Source: Camelus dromedarius
Taxonomy: Eukaryota
Reading direction: 5' to 3'
Length of the DNA: 64,000 nucleotides
Assembly (NCBI RefSeq): GCF_036321535.1
Contig: NC_087436.1
Coordinates: 87,980,001 to 88,044,000 of the forward strand
Below, in pieces: positions 1-12,399 of the stretch. A program made the translations under genes and the position numbers. Position 1 is the stretch's first letter, and each line of letters begins with the position of its first letter. A model generated the notes under the pieces. The model was not told where the DNA came from, did not search any database, and was given only the letters and a program-made list of their open reading frames with translations.

Positions 1-965
1 AGAAACGCCTTCATGCAGCTCAAGGTTTCCTCCTTCCTCACCCTCCCCATCTCTGTTTACTGGCAACCAGTAATTTGTTCTCCATCTCTATAATTGCATC
101 ATTTCGAGAATGTAACATAAATGGAATCATGCTGCATGTAACCTTTTGAGATCAACTTCTTTTCATCCAGCCCAATTCCTTGGCGAACCATCCACATTGT
201 CGTATGTATCAGTACAGTGGTTCATTTCTTTTTATTGCTGAGTTGCGTTCAGTGTATGGATATATCACAGTGCACAGTTTGTTCATTCACTTGTTGAAGG
301 GCGGATGAGTTGTCTCCAGGTTTTGGCTGTTACAAATAAAGCTGCTGTGCACCTTTGTGTATAGGTTTTTTGTGTGAACATAAGTTTTCATTTCTCTGGT
401 GTAAATGTAAATGTCCAAGAGTGTAATTGCTGGGTTGTATTATAAGTGATGTTTAGTTTTACAAGAAACTGCCAGACTGTTTTTCAGGGTGGCTGTTTTT
501 TCCCAACAGCAATGTATGAAAGCTCTAGCTTCTCCATATGCTTGCCAGAATTTGATTATTTTCACTATTTAAAAAAAATTAGTCATTTTTGTGTAGTGAT
601 ATCTCATTGTGGTTTTAATTTGCCTTTACCTAGTGGACAAATTAACTGTTTCCCTAATGAGCAAATTGAATTTTTTTTTTCATTGTTGAGTTTTGAGGGT
701 TCTTTATGTATTGTCAGTGTAAGTCTTTTACTAGATAAGTGGTTGGCACAGTTTTTCTTCCCATCAGTAACTTGTCTTCATCCTCTTAACAGGGTCTTTT
801 ACAGAGCAAAAAAGTTTTAAATTTTCAGGTAGTGTATTTAATCGTTGTTTTTTTCTTTTCTGATTGTACTTTTGGTGTCATGTCTCTGGACTCTTCACCT
901 GGCCCTAGGTGTCAAAGATTTTTTTTTCCTGTGTTTTCTTCTAAAAGTTTTATAGTGTATGTTTT
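1..965 (-). mobile_element. Old L1 (L1M-type) 3' end / ORF2 C-terminal fragment
   Basis: Antisense L1 3'-end phrases: 'tttttattgctgag', 'ccaggttttggctgttacaaataaagctgct', 'agaaactgccagactgtttt', 'atctcattgtggttttaatttgc', 'ttttcttctaaaagttttatagt'. Boundaries approximate. Confidence 0.85.
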
Positions 966-1294
966 ACAAGATAAGCACATCTTTACCTTAACAGGTTTTG
1001 ATAAAGCACTGGTATTGGTAACAGGCAGTTGTTAGCTCGACCATTTTCTTATCGCTTGCTTGTATCTTGCTGTATTAACATTATGCTTAATCTGCATTTC
1101 TTTGCAAAAATCTTAAAAATCCATTCGCGAGTGGTATCATACTTCTCAAGAGATCTGCAGATCTGCTTACTTGGGTCCATGCGGGCCACAGCATGTTGTG
1201 ATCTGCTGCAAGTGAACAGGTGAGGACATCACAAACAACCCCTCTAGGGTGGGAAACAGCTACCTTTCCCTTCAGGGATTTTTTACCCCCTGCG

Positions 1295-1830
1295 ATACTG
1301 TGTGGGGAGTCAGAGTCACAAACAGAAACCCTTCTGATTATTTTAAGCTAGAAGAGGTTTAATACAATGCATTAGGTGCTTACAGAGTTGTTAGAAGGGC
1401 CTAACAGCGGGTTTTAGGGCAGTAGTTCAGAGGCAACCCACCAGGGCACCTCACAGGGCACTCCAGGACCTAAGCTGGAGTCTGGACCTTGTGCCACCCC
1501 TGTTGCTGCTGCATTCACCTCCAGACACTCTGGAAACCACAGGACAGCCCCCTAGCTGCCATCCAGGATTAAGAAGTCAGATCAAGACGCCTCTGCTGCT
1601 GCTGCTTCTGGTCACCCAGGAAGCTGGGGGATGGATGCTGGAATGACGCTGTGGAGAAATCTCATATTTCCACAGCTGTGCTCGCCCCCCTGACTTAAAA
1701 GGCGCCTTTCTAATTGTCTGTGGGTAGACGAAAGTCAAGTGAGCTGAGTAGTGTATGCAGCAGACTCCACGTAAATGCCACAAGACCAAAGCAGCCTGAC
1801 CAAGACCAAGAGAGGGTGATGGTGTCAGTC
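1295..1830. mobile_element. Degenerate MaLR (MLT1-like) solo LTR
   Basis: Start 'cagagtcacaaacagaaacccttctgattattttaagctagaagaggtttaataca' resembles old MLT1 LTRs; GC-richer than flanks. Subfamily not determined. Confidence 0.45.
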
Positions 1831-2964
1831 TCACACAGTGAATATTAGTAAAGCTGAAATTCAGATGTGAGATAACACATATATACAATCTTCCTGGTAT
1901 TTTCTTCTTACTTTATTGGCTTGATCTCCTTTCCTTCGAGGAGTGCATGTACTCCACTTTGAACTTAATACATTTTGCATGTCTAAGTAGTAGGAACATC
2001 CCAGGCCTGGTGGTTTTTCCCTAAATATTTAAATTTATCTTAGTATCTTCTAATTTATGATACCACATCCTTCCTTTTTTATAAGTACATACAAGTAGAA
2101 AATGTTACTGCTTTGGGAAACACTCATTAAATTCAGTCAACGTTGTTCTTCCTTGACTGTCGGCACCTGAGATCTCTCTCTCTCACACCTGTGTTTCCCC
2201 GGCTCTCTCTGGAGGACACTGTAAAAGGGGTGGGTTTTCTCTTGAAATTGTGCTTTGGTATCAGAGGCACCACAGCCAGCAGCCAGCAGCACTCTGTATC
2301 TGTTTGTTGAAAATAATTAAAATTTGGTTTGTTTTATTGCATACTTTGGATTTTGTTCCTGGGTGTAACAAAACTTGGCACAAAACTGAAAATGAGACAT
2401 ACAATATCTTTGCATAGACTGGTTTCATATGGTCTCTAATGGCAGTCAATTTAAAATGCAATAAAATAAGTTGTATGAAAAATTTTGAGTATGTGTTCAT
2501 GTGCATTTTTCTAGTGAGAGGTCCGCAGATTCTCAAAACAGAGGCCATGACCCAGGAAAGATTAAAAATGGGTGCATTAGAGGTAAAAGTTCAGTCAAGA
2601 CCTTTGATAACCATTTGACACTGAGGCTTCTGCCATCAGTCACAGATCCCTTCCCTGATCTCCATCCTGTATTTGCAGATTATTTTCAGGATATAAAAAG
2701 AAAATTATTGTTAACCAGGTGTTTAGGGAAGGGTCAGGGAATGTCATAAGAGTTCATTATTAGATGAGAAGGGACACCTGGAAGTCAATTATCAAGATAC
2801 GTTCCCATATGGCTGATGGTACCCTGAAAAATAATGGGTTATTTGTGTCAAGACATATTAAACTGTTGATAATGTGTAATCCAATATATTACACCTTGGG
2901 AGATTTATCTGAATGCTTGAAGTAGTTACAAAAATAATTTATATGTTCAAATCAAGACCCTAAA

Positions 2965-3110
2965 GAGGGGTGGGTATAGCTCAAGTCGTAGAGTGCATGC
3001 GCATGCACAAGGTCCTGGATTCAAATTCCAGTACTTCCTCTAAAAGTAAATAAATAAATAAACCTAATCCTCTCCCCCACACCAAGAGCACACCCCACCC
3101 CAAATTAAAA
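2965..3110 (+). mobile_element. tRNA-derived camelid SINE (vic-1-like)
   Basis: 'ggggtgggtatagctcaagtcgtagagtgcatgc...aggtcctggattcaaattccagtac' has Pol III A/B-box remnants and an (aata)n tail; imperfect TSD aaatcaagaccctaaa / aaatctggaccctaga. Confidence 0.9.
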
Positions 3111-3509
3111 GAAATCTGGACCCTAGAATTGTACAATTTTGGAAGGAATCGACAAATTTAAACTATGATATTCATTTAAAATAGGTAAGAGGTGATTCAG
3201 GTATACATAAATGTGTTGGATTTTCACATCTGACATGTCACCTTTTCACATAATTTTAGCCTTGTTTCTTAACTTTTGACATCATATACCAAGGCCTAAA
3301 TGGAATGTAGCATGGTGTATAGAGATTTAAAAACCTTTTCTTTCTTTTTTTTTTAAACAAAATCATACACAGAGATCTCAAATATAAAGTGATGAGAGAT
3401 GGTTTTGGTGAAAGTAGGGGGCAAGAAAAACCTTTCTTTTTGTACATTCCTCTTCACTCCCAAACACACACAGAGACACACATGCACACACGCACACACA
3501 GAAAGAGAG

Positions 3510-3759
3510 TTAGTGAGAGCTTTAGAAACAGGCCACTGTAGGCCGTGATATCTGAATCCTGATTCTCCTGGTTGAGTTCCACAAACATTTCTAAAAGTAT
3601 CTCCAGTACGCCTGGCAGTTTGGGTTAAGTTATTTAAAATCTCTAAAAGTGCCATGGGTAACTTCATATTCCTCATGTATAAAATGAATAGAAGGGGATT
3701 TCCCTCATAGAGTTGTTGTAGGGATTAAGTAAAAAGATAAAAATTAAACACACAGCATA
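3510..3759 (+). mobile_element. MIR SINE fragment, interrupted by an MLT1 LTR
   Basis: MIR core-like 'ttcctcatgtataaaatg...cctcatagagttgttgtagggattaagt'; the MIR 3' end appears to resume after 4212. Confidence 0.7.
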
Positions 3760-3764
3760 GTGCT

Positions 3765-4207
3765 CGTGGTGGGCAGAAATAATGGCCTCCCCAAAGATGT
3801 CCACATCGTAATCCTTGGAACCTGTGAATGTTGTGTTACGGGGCAGAAGGGAATTTAGGTTTCAGATGAATTAAGTTTGCTAATCAGCTAATTTTAAAAT
3901 AGGGAGAGTATCCTAGGTTACCAGGTAGGCCTAATGTAATCACAAGGGTCTTTAAGAGCAGAAGCAGGAGGCGGAAGAGTCAGAACCAGAGAGATGGCAT
4001 CGTGAGAGGGAACTGAGCAGCCGTTGCTGGCTTTGAAGATAGAAAGGGGGGGAGTTGGGGCAGCTTCTAGAAACTGATAAAGGCAAGAAGTTGGATTCTC
4101 CTGAGAGCTTCTGGACAGGAATGCAGCTTGCTGACACTTTGATTTTAGCCCCTTGAGACCTATTTTGGATACGTCTGTTACCACCACAACAATAGGAAAC
4201 TGGTACA
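3765..4207 (+). mobile_element. MaLR solo LTR (MLT1D/MLT1C-like)
   Basis: Starts 'cgtggtgggcagaaataatggcctccccaaagatgtccacatc', ends 'aataggaaactggtaca'; exact 5-bp TSD GTGCT at 3760-3764 and 4208-4212. Confidence 0.9.
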
Positions 4208-5129
4208 GTGCTTACTTAATACATATTAGGAGTTAAATAAATATTCCTTCTCTCTTAACACAACCTACTGAATTTTACTCATGTCATTTTCAACATCTCT
4301 TTCTCTGTACCTAGTTTTCCCTTTTTAGAAAGGGAAAAACCAGAGGATTCCAAGATGTCTTCAGATTTATCAGACAATTTCACTTTAATTCTTTATAGGT
4401 TTATAATATGCAATATAAATGAAAAGAATTTGAGTGCTTACCTTTTCTATGTCAGTTGTGATGACGTTAGAAAAGAATGTGTCAGGATCATCTTATAGAT
4501 AATATTTATCAGTTAACAATAACTACCAAGCATCAGATGACTGAGTGGTGAAGTGAGTGGTAGAGATAGTGGTAGGCATCATGAAAGGGCAGAGAGAGGC
4601 TGTTTTAGACTGGAACCATCTCTGAAGGCTTTGTAAAAGATTTTTGAGCTAGGAATGTGCTCTTAAAAGAACTGGGGAAATTGGTTTCAATAAAATAATC
4701 TATGTTATTAGAAACACAAAATTTAAGGTTTACTAGTTTATTATCTTATTACTTATTATTTTTTGTGAGCATGTTGAAAAGATATATTTTTTTCCCTCTT
4801 GACCTTTTTATGGTTGAGGAGAGACTCTTGTAGAATTTTAAAGACAAAAATGTAAATTACAGTAAGTTGACAACATATTTGTCTTGATAATGTGAAGTAT
4901 AACACATGAGATGTCTTTATTCCCTGGATTGCCTTAAGTGATACATATTGCTTTTTCATTGTATTATATTTTAATGTGTTAAATCTCAAAATATGAATGG
5001 AAACCTAGTATGATCTAATTTGAGTTCATTGTGTTATAAGTACTAAACACACTGACCATGATCATATTTTTAAAGGAAGATATTACATGGGTTTTGTAAG
5101 GACAATTATGTTAGACTAAGCTTACTTCT

Positions 5130-5765
5130 TTTTAGATAGGATTATTTGACTGTGGGTCGAGAGAATACAGTATAATTGGATTTTAGCAAGCCATTTTATA
5201 ACATTTCTCTCTGTTGACATGGGGAGACTGGGCTGGTGACCATAAAATTAGGTGGAAATGTGATTGGGTAGCACCTCTAAAAATTAATAAATGAATTGAT
5301 GACACCTGGAGAAAAATTTCTGGTGACATGCTGAAGGTCACTGCCCATGTTTTTATAATGATGTGAGTGAAAACATTGATACCATGCCTACCAAGTTTTT
5401 GGATGAAATGAAATTTTTAGGGTTCACTTTTGAAAATTGTATTTCTGAGTGAAACAGTGGGCCGCATTTGGCATGATATCTTAATGGAGCTTGATGTAAA
5501 GCCCTGGATATGTGCTCAGAAAACAGCTGCATAATTGTAGGCATGAAGGAGTTGTAGTTGATTACAAACAACTTAGATATTTTAATTACTATTAATGAAC
5601 ATGGTATGGATATAAAATGTACTCTGACTACAAGAAAGGATTCAAAGAATCATCATCAGGACTGCTGGGGGAGGAGAGTCAGAAGAGGAAAGATGTTAGT
5701 CTTGCTTCATTCTGTACTGTCCGGACTACGTGTGGCGTATTGTGCTGAGTTCTGGATGTGACATT
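5130..5765 (+). mobile_element. L3/CR1 LINE reverse-transcriptase relics
   Basis: 'gattttagcaagccattt' = DFSKPF (cf. CR1 RT YLDFSKAFD); ORF 5558-5761 ends LLHSVLSGLRVAYCAEFW (cf. CR1 PLYSALVRPHLEYCVQFW). Confidence 0.75.
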
Positions 5766-5779
5766 AGAAAATGAGTCAG

Positions 5780-6465
5780 AAAACAGAAAAGAATTAAGTG
5801 TTGACGAGGATGTGGAGAAATTGGAACACTTGTTCATTGTTGGTAGGAGTTTAGAATGGTACAGCTACTGTGGAAAACAGTTTGACTCAAACAATTAAAC
5901 CTAAATTTATGACCGAGATATTCCATTCCTGTGTATATACCTCCCAAAATTGAAAACAGGTATTCAAAGAAATACTTGTACATGAATGTTCATAGTGGTA
6001 CTTACATAGCAGTTTACATTAGCTAAAAGGTAGGTAGAAACAACCAAATATAATCAATTGATGAATGGATAACCAAAGTTTGGTATATGTGTACAGTGGA
6101 ATATTATTCAGCCATAAAATGAAGTACTGATAAGTGCTTCAAAGTGCAGGAACCTCAAACATTATGCTTAGTGAATGAAGTTGGACACAAAAGATCACAT
6201 ATTTTATGATTCCATTGATATGAACTCTCCAGGACAAGTAAGTCCATAGAGACATAAATCAGTTTCGTGGTTACCAGGGGCATGGGGAATGTGGAGTGAC
6301 TGCCTAATGGGTATGGGTTTCCTCTTGGGGTGGTGAAAATACTTCGGAACTAGATAGAGGTGTTGTTGCTTGCAAAACATTGTGAATGTATTAAATGCCA
6401 TTGAAGTGTCCACTTTAAATGGCTAATTTTGTATTATGTAGCTTTTACCTTAATTTAAAAAAATG
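5780..6465 (+). mobile_element. L1 3' end (L1MB-like)
   Basis: 'gaggatgtggagaaattggaacact', 'gatgaatggataaccaaa', 'tggaatattattcagccataaaa', ends in 'taatttaaaaaaa'. Confidence 0.85.
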
Positions 6466-6469
6466 TCAG

Positions 6470-7195
6470 TACTTATAAATCAATTGAATAGTATTGAGAG
6501 TTCAGAAATAAACTCTATGATCAGCTAATATTTTTTATTTGATAAAGGTACCAAGACAATTCAACAGGTAATGCATAGCCTTTTCAGCAAATGGTGCTGA
6601 GGCATCTGGAGCTCCACATGCAAAAGAAGTAGTTTAAACCTCTTCCTCACACCATACACAAAAATTAACTAAAAATGCATTATAGACCTAAATGTAATGG
6701 CTAAAATTACAACATTCTTAGGAGAAAATATGAATTAATCTTAGTGATCTTAGGTCTGGCAAAACCTTCTTACATATAACACTAAAAGCACAATCAACAA
6801 AAGATAAAGTAAGAAAGTTGGACTTCATCAAAATTAAGAACTTTTTTTTTTTTGAGGGGAGAGGTAATTAGGTTTATTCATTTATTTATATTTAGAGGAG
6901 GTACTGGGGATTGAACCCAGGACCTCGTGCATGCTAAGCATGCAGTCTACCCCTTGAGCTATACCCTCCCCCCAAAATTAAAAACTTTTGTTCCTCAAAG
7001 GATACCATCAAGAAAGTGAAGAGACAACCTACAAAATGGGAGAAAATATTTGCAAGTCGTATCTAGTAAGGGACTTGTATCAAGGTTGCATAAAGAACTC
7101 TTACAGTTCAGTAAAGACAAAGATCCTAATTAAAAGTGAATAAATTGGTGAATTTTATGGTATGTGAACTATCTCAATAAAAAGCTGGAAAAAAT
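6470..7195 (+). mobile_element. L1 ORF2 C-terminal / 3' fragment containing a SINE
   Basis: 'cttttcagcaaatggtgctg', 'cacaccatacacaaaaattaact', 'ttggacttcatcaaaattaa', 'aatgggagaaaatatttgca'. Confidence 0.85.
6845..6972 (-). mobile_element. tRNA-derived camelid SINE (vic-1-like)
   Basis: Reverse-complement consensus 'gaggtactggggattgaacccaggacctcgtgcatgctaagcatgc...gagctataccctcccc' with poly(T); TSD caaaattaa(g/a)aacttt on both sides. Confidence 0.93.
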
Positions 7196-8092
7196 GAGTC
7201 AAGTGGAATATGTTTAGAGATTTCTAGCCTTATGGGATTCAAAATTGAAATTGTGCTTTTTTACTGCTTCTTTTGCCCTCTCCCACTCCATCTCCCCACT
7301 TCCATCAGCTGTACCTTTTATACTGACAAGGTTGAAAATATTTATATTCTGTGCTGTAACATTAATGAGATCTTTGTGCTTTGTTTTTATGTTGGTCCTA
7401 CCGCTTTTAATTAAAATGCAAATATTAATTGCAGAGCGAAGAGGGAGTCATGGTTACATTTCTTTTTCTCCAGGCCAGTGTCGTGACCCCATGCCAATGG
7501 AAGGTTGATGTTCCTAGAGTCAAAGATAAATGCGTTCTCTTTTCCTCTAATCTATCAGTTCCTCAAAATCGTGTCATATGTATGTGTTTTTACACTTGAA
7601 TTATTACTTCCTTGAATAGCTTTTTTGTTTTTCCTGGTGTGTCATTTTGGTTGTTTTTGGCAGCATTTGACAGAGTATCCGACCACAGGTGGCATATCTG
7701 ATGGTCCTGCCCCTTCTCTCGCTGCCAGTGGCTGCTGTGTATCTTTTTTTCACTTACTAAAAGACAGGAGAAAGGGGATAGGATGGGTGCTTCTTTTGGA
7801 TCTTCTCCCCTTTTAAAATGTATTTTTGAAAAATTTTAAAACAAAACAGTTGGGAGACTAGTAATATGAACTGTCTTAACTTTCACCTGGATTCATCAGT
7901 TACAAACATTTACCTATATTTGCCTTTATCTTTGTCTTTGTCTCTATAGATCTAGATCCAGTTGTTTTTATTTTGGTGAATCTTTTGAGAGAAACTTGCA
8001 GAGATCATGATTCTTTACCCTAAAATGTTTTACCGCATATTGCCTAAGGAGAGGTACGATCACGTAACAATGATTGAATTCAGGAAATTTAA

Positions 8093-8447
8093 TTGTCACG
8101 GGTTGAGGTCTCTGGGAAGCAGATGCTGAGCCAGAATTAGTACTGCACAGAAGTAAACACGGGACTGGGATTGGGCAGGTGGAGCTGTCAGGTGTGATGA
8201 CACCCTGTCTGGCAGCACAAGGAGCAGATCTGGGGTCAAGACTGTCCACTAGGTGAGTTCCCTGTTGGGCAGAGATTGCTTGTCCTGTACCTTGCCTTGC
8301 TCAGTTATGGGCTGAGAACCATCTGTTGAACAGCGAGACCTTCTTGAAGGCTGAAGCCCACTCTGATAAAGCTAACCGCTTAACCACACTTCTCACACCT
8401 GGTAGTGAGTCTTTTGGATGTGAGTGGTGTATTTCCATGCCTATCAT
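8093..8447. mobile_element. MaLR LTR (MLT1F/G/H-like) inserted in an old L1ME fragment
   Basis: Begins 'tgtcacgggttgaggtctctgggaagcagatgctgag'; L1ME-like sequence on both sides (about 7815-8090 and 8450-8520). Confidence 0.6.
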
Positions 8448-10669
8448 GATATACTACTATTATCGAATATACAGTCCATATTCAAATTCACCAGTTGCTC
8501 AATAATGCTCTTCATAGCAAATATCCTCCCCTCCCCCTATCAGATCTCTCTTTATCTTGGAGGAAAGCCTTTCTGAGAAGCTCCCCAGGTGACTTTCCTG
8601 TAAGTCTCATTGGCCTAAACTGAGTTATTTGTTCACCTCAATTGCTCTGGCCAATTGCTGGCAGAGGAGAATGGGATTTCCAGGGCTAGTTTAGACCTGA
8701 AGTGATTCATCCCATGGGTCTGGGGGCAGGGCTACCTTTCCTAATCCTGTGCTTCTCACCTGCTGTCTTAAAAAAAAAAAAAATAAAGACAAAATTATGT
8801 TCCTTTAGCAAGGAATGAGGGAGGAAAAGCTGTGGGTAGACAGCTTGGAATTTTCTGTTGCTTATCTTTTTTTTTTTTTTTCTTCTGTTGAGAAAAGAAA
8901 CACATTCCTGTCATTAAGCCAGCTTCTTAGTTATTCTGTCTTTTGAACAGAATCCATTCCTCTTTCCCTTCATGGAGTTCACTAATTTTCTGTCTTAATA
9001 GGATGAATTATTGTCTAGTTGTGCTGCACAGCTGCCATTCTGGGATTTCTTTTTCAATTCACTTTTGGATCATTTCCACTGTTTCTTGCGTTCTCATGTC
9101 TACTTTATTGGTTATCTTTCTTGTTTGCTAGAGAATACCCTCAATGTCCTTACCTGTCTGAAAATGTCTTTATTCTGCCCTCTCACTTGATCATTTGGAC
9201 GTAAAAGTCTAGGTCAAAATTATTTCACTCTGAAAGTTTTCCAGACATTGCTCTGTCTTCTACAGTTGAGAGTTTGATTTTAGTCGGATTCTTAATTCTT
9301 GGTTTTCCCTCAAATCATTTAGAATAATTTCTTGGTTATGAAGTTTCTCCGGATTTGTCTGGATGTCTTTCTTATGGAACAGAGGGTAGGTCACTTCTTT
9401 TATTCATTCATCACCTTGCTCCCTGTTTTACTTTGTACCTATACTTTATTGCTGATCTTCTTTTATTCTGGGTAATCTTAACATCAATGTGGGTGGTTCA
9501 TTCAAAACCCTTGATGATATCTTTGACAGACACTGCACCTATTATTCATTCTTCTCTTTCCTTGCTGAAAGAAGCCCAGTTTTACTCATTTGCTTCATGG
9601 GCTCCCCTCCAACCCTGAGGGGCAGTTTGTAAATGTTGCTCAGCCTAAAGTCAATCGTGTTAGTTTCCTTCTCCCAGCCACTGATTGGCTTAGGCATGGT
9701 GACATATAATGGAAGTCCTCTGGGAGTCAGGTTTCCTTTAGTTTATGAAGGCACACCCCTTCTGGATGTGGTTATGTGAGCTCATGATATGTGGAGCTGC
9801 TGCAGCCATTTGGGGTCATTGAGAAGAAAGTGAGATGATGAATGACCCTCAACTCAAAATTAACTTGTCTAAAATTGAACTCCTGTTCTCCAGTCCTCCC
9901 TCCCCAAGATTTTTCACTTCATCTTTCTAGTTGCTTGCCATTATCCCTAACTTTATTCTTTCTCACACATCCCTCACTTTATTCATTAGAAGATCCTATA
10001 AGCTCTCCCTTCAAGTTATATATCCAATCTTACTATTTTTTCCTAATTATTCCACTACCATCGTGGTCCAAGTCACTGCCTTTCTTGCCTGGGTTACTGC
10101 AACAGAGCAATGCCTGTCCAGGGAATTGTCTTAGACTCAGACAGATGTATGGATTGCCATAGGCCACATTGGACAACAGATTCACTTAATAGGATATGGA
10201 ACAGGAAACACAGCTTACCAGCAGTGAAGCATCAGATATTCTCTTTGGTAGGAGTCCTTGTAGCAATCCACAGAACAGCCAGAACCATTCTCTGTGCCTC
10301 TCCCCTCTTCCACGTGAAGCTTAGGTATGTAACTAACTTTGCTTAGGAGCCCCATGTTCCCTAAGAGCCATTATCTTTTGTAACAACCCATAAGCATCGC
10401 TTCCAGGGTCCCTACAAGGTATGTGCCCAATTACAGGAGCCATCGCACTAAGAGAAGTCCAAAGTTACAGCTGCTCACCTGGTATTTATAGTTCTTCCAT
10501 CGCAAGCAATTTACCAATGGTCATCAATGTTGCCTAGCAACACAGCTGACATTCTGCCTGTATGGTTTCCAGGGGAACAGAGCTAGAAGGTGAACTGAAA
10601 TCCAGGAGCAACTTCTCCTGCTGAAAGACAAGAGTTTTGCTAACACTTCAGTCACAAATAGCCTCCCAC

Positions 10670-11290
10670 TGAGAGTTCCCCTGCGTCAGTGCTTCTCCCC
10701 TGTCCTCTGTTCTCAGCACAGTAGCCAGAATGATCCTTTTAAATGTATGACAATCGTGTTCCTCTTCTGCAAATCCTGCTGTGGCTCCCCAGAGCACAGC
10801 TGCCTGCAGCCCTACCTAAGCTGGTCCCTCGTTAACCTCTCTCATCTTTTTTTTTCCTTGGGACTCTTTCCCTCACCCATTTGCTCTAATCATCCTTGTT
10901 CTTACTCTAATGTGCCAGGCATGTTCCCACTTCAGGGCCTTTGTGATGACTCTTCCCATGGCTGGAACATGCTTATTCCTGATATCTACCTGGCTGAGTC
11001 TGCAGATCTTTGTTCACATGTCACCTTTTTAACAAGAAGTGTTCTCACTGTTCAAAAATTGCAACCTCTGCCACCCCCGGCACTTGCCTTCGCTCTGCGA
11101 TTCTTCTCTACTTTTTCTTCCGTAGCTTCTCTCACCTTTTCATGCCCCATAATTTACCTATTTTATCTACTGTTCCTTGTTAGCATATAAGCTATGAGAA
11201 GGGCAGGAATCTTCTCTTTTGTTCATTGATGTAACCTAACTGCCTAGGACAGTGCCTGACACATAATTAATGCTTAGTGTGTTTAAGTGA
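10670..11290 (+). mobile_element. L2 LINE 3' fragment
   Basis: 'cacagtagccagaatgatccttttaaatgta', 'cttcagggcctttg', ends 'gcctaggacagtgcctgacacata'. Another L2 piece lies at about 9845-10100. Confidence 0.8.
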
Positions 11291-12399
11291 GCTTACAGAG
11301 GGCTGCTTGTGTGCTGAGTGTTTTAACATATTTAATCTTTATGAAACACTCTTGAAATAGGCACTTTTATTATCCCTTTTAAAAATAAGTGTGGAAACAG
11401 GTTGAGTGACTTGCCTCACGTTGCACAGCTCATGAGTCAATCCTAGCAGGCTGGCTCTGGAGCCTGTGTTCCTAACTGTGCAGTGAAGCATCCTTCTGCA
11501 TATATATGTATTTTAGACCTGCTTTTGGAGTATTTCTTTTTGGTAAATGTCCCTTTATTGAGTTAAAAGCTGTGGACATTTTAATGTCCTGACACATGGA
11601 CCCTGAATTATTTTCCAGGATTCCATCAACCATATGTGAATGTATCCTTTTAAAAAAAAAAGAAAAAGATTACTGGGGTGATTTAATTGACTTCCTATTG
11701 TCGTCTTTCATCTAATAATGGATTCTTATGGTATTCTCTAGTACTTCCCTAAGTACTTGGATGACAATAAATTATTTTCTTTTTATGTCTTTGGAAAGGA
11801 GAACAGATATAGGATGGAGGTCAGATAGGGTTTCATGATTAATCATAGTGGAAGCCTCAGTGTTGAATAGTGGGTGAATGTCTTGATTTAACTGAGACCT
11901 AAAAACTTGCCATTCTCAGTCTTATCTGAGTGATGGCCCCTTTTGAGAATCTAATGAAAACTACGGATTTCTCACTTTAAAAATGCCTATACACACACCC
12001 TTAAAAATTTCTACACAACTTGTCATATTGTAAATTGGTTTTCATCACAGACCACATAAAAGCAGTCTCTGCAAAGATTTCTGTAAGTTTCATTTTCATG
12101 TAAAATTATTTGCTGCACCCAGGAATAAAATCCAAATATTTGCTAAAACAAAATGAACTTTATAATTATTTTCAAAAATTAATTTTCAAAAATTAATTTT
12201 AATGGAAAGACTGGTCTATAATAAGTCAAAATTGTGGTATTGTCTTTGGTACAGCAATACATGTCATTTAAAACTTTCCAAATAATTTTTATTTTAGTGG
12301 CAACCAAAGCTGAAAATCTGACTTTTAAGAAAAGTAGAAATAATTGGAATTAGAGCCAGATCACAGAAGGCAAGGTTTTCTTTTTTTTATTTAAAAAAA

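Noticed and set aside
2965..3040. tRNA-Ala-like sequences here and at the other SINE heads
   Set aside because: They are SINE heads with A-rich tails and TSDs, not intact cloverleaf tRNA genes.
7474..7503. Possible 30-nt micro-exon after ttctttttctccag
   Set aside because: The following donor (AAG|GTTGAT) is weak and nothing else supports it.
10747..11190. 147-aa plus-strand ORF (also 15811-16239 and 63320-63763)
   Set aside because: They lie within L2/L1 remnants; T-rich sequence gives spurious hydrophobic ORFs with no recognisable homology.
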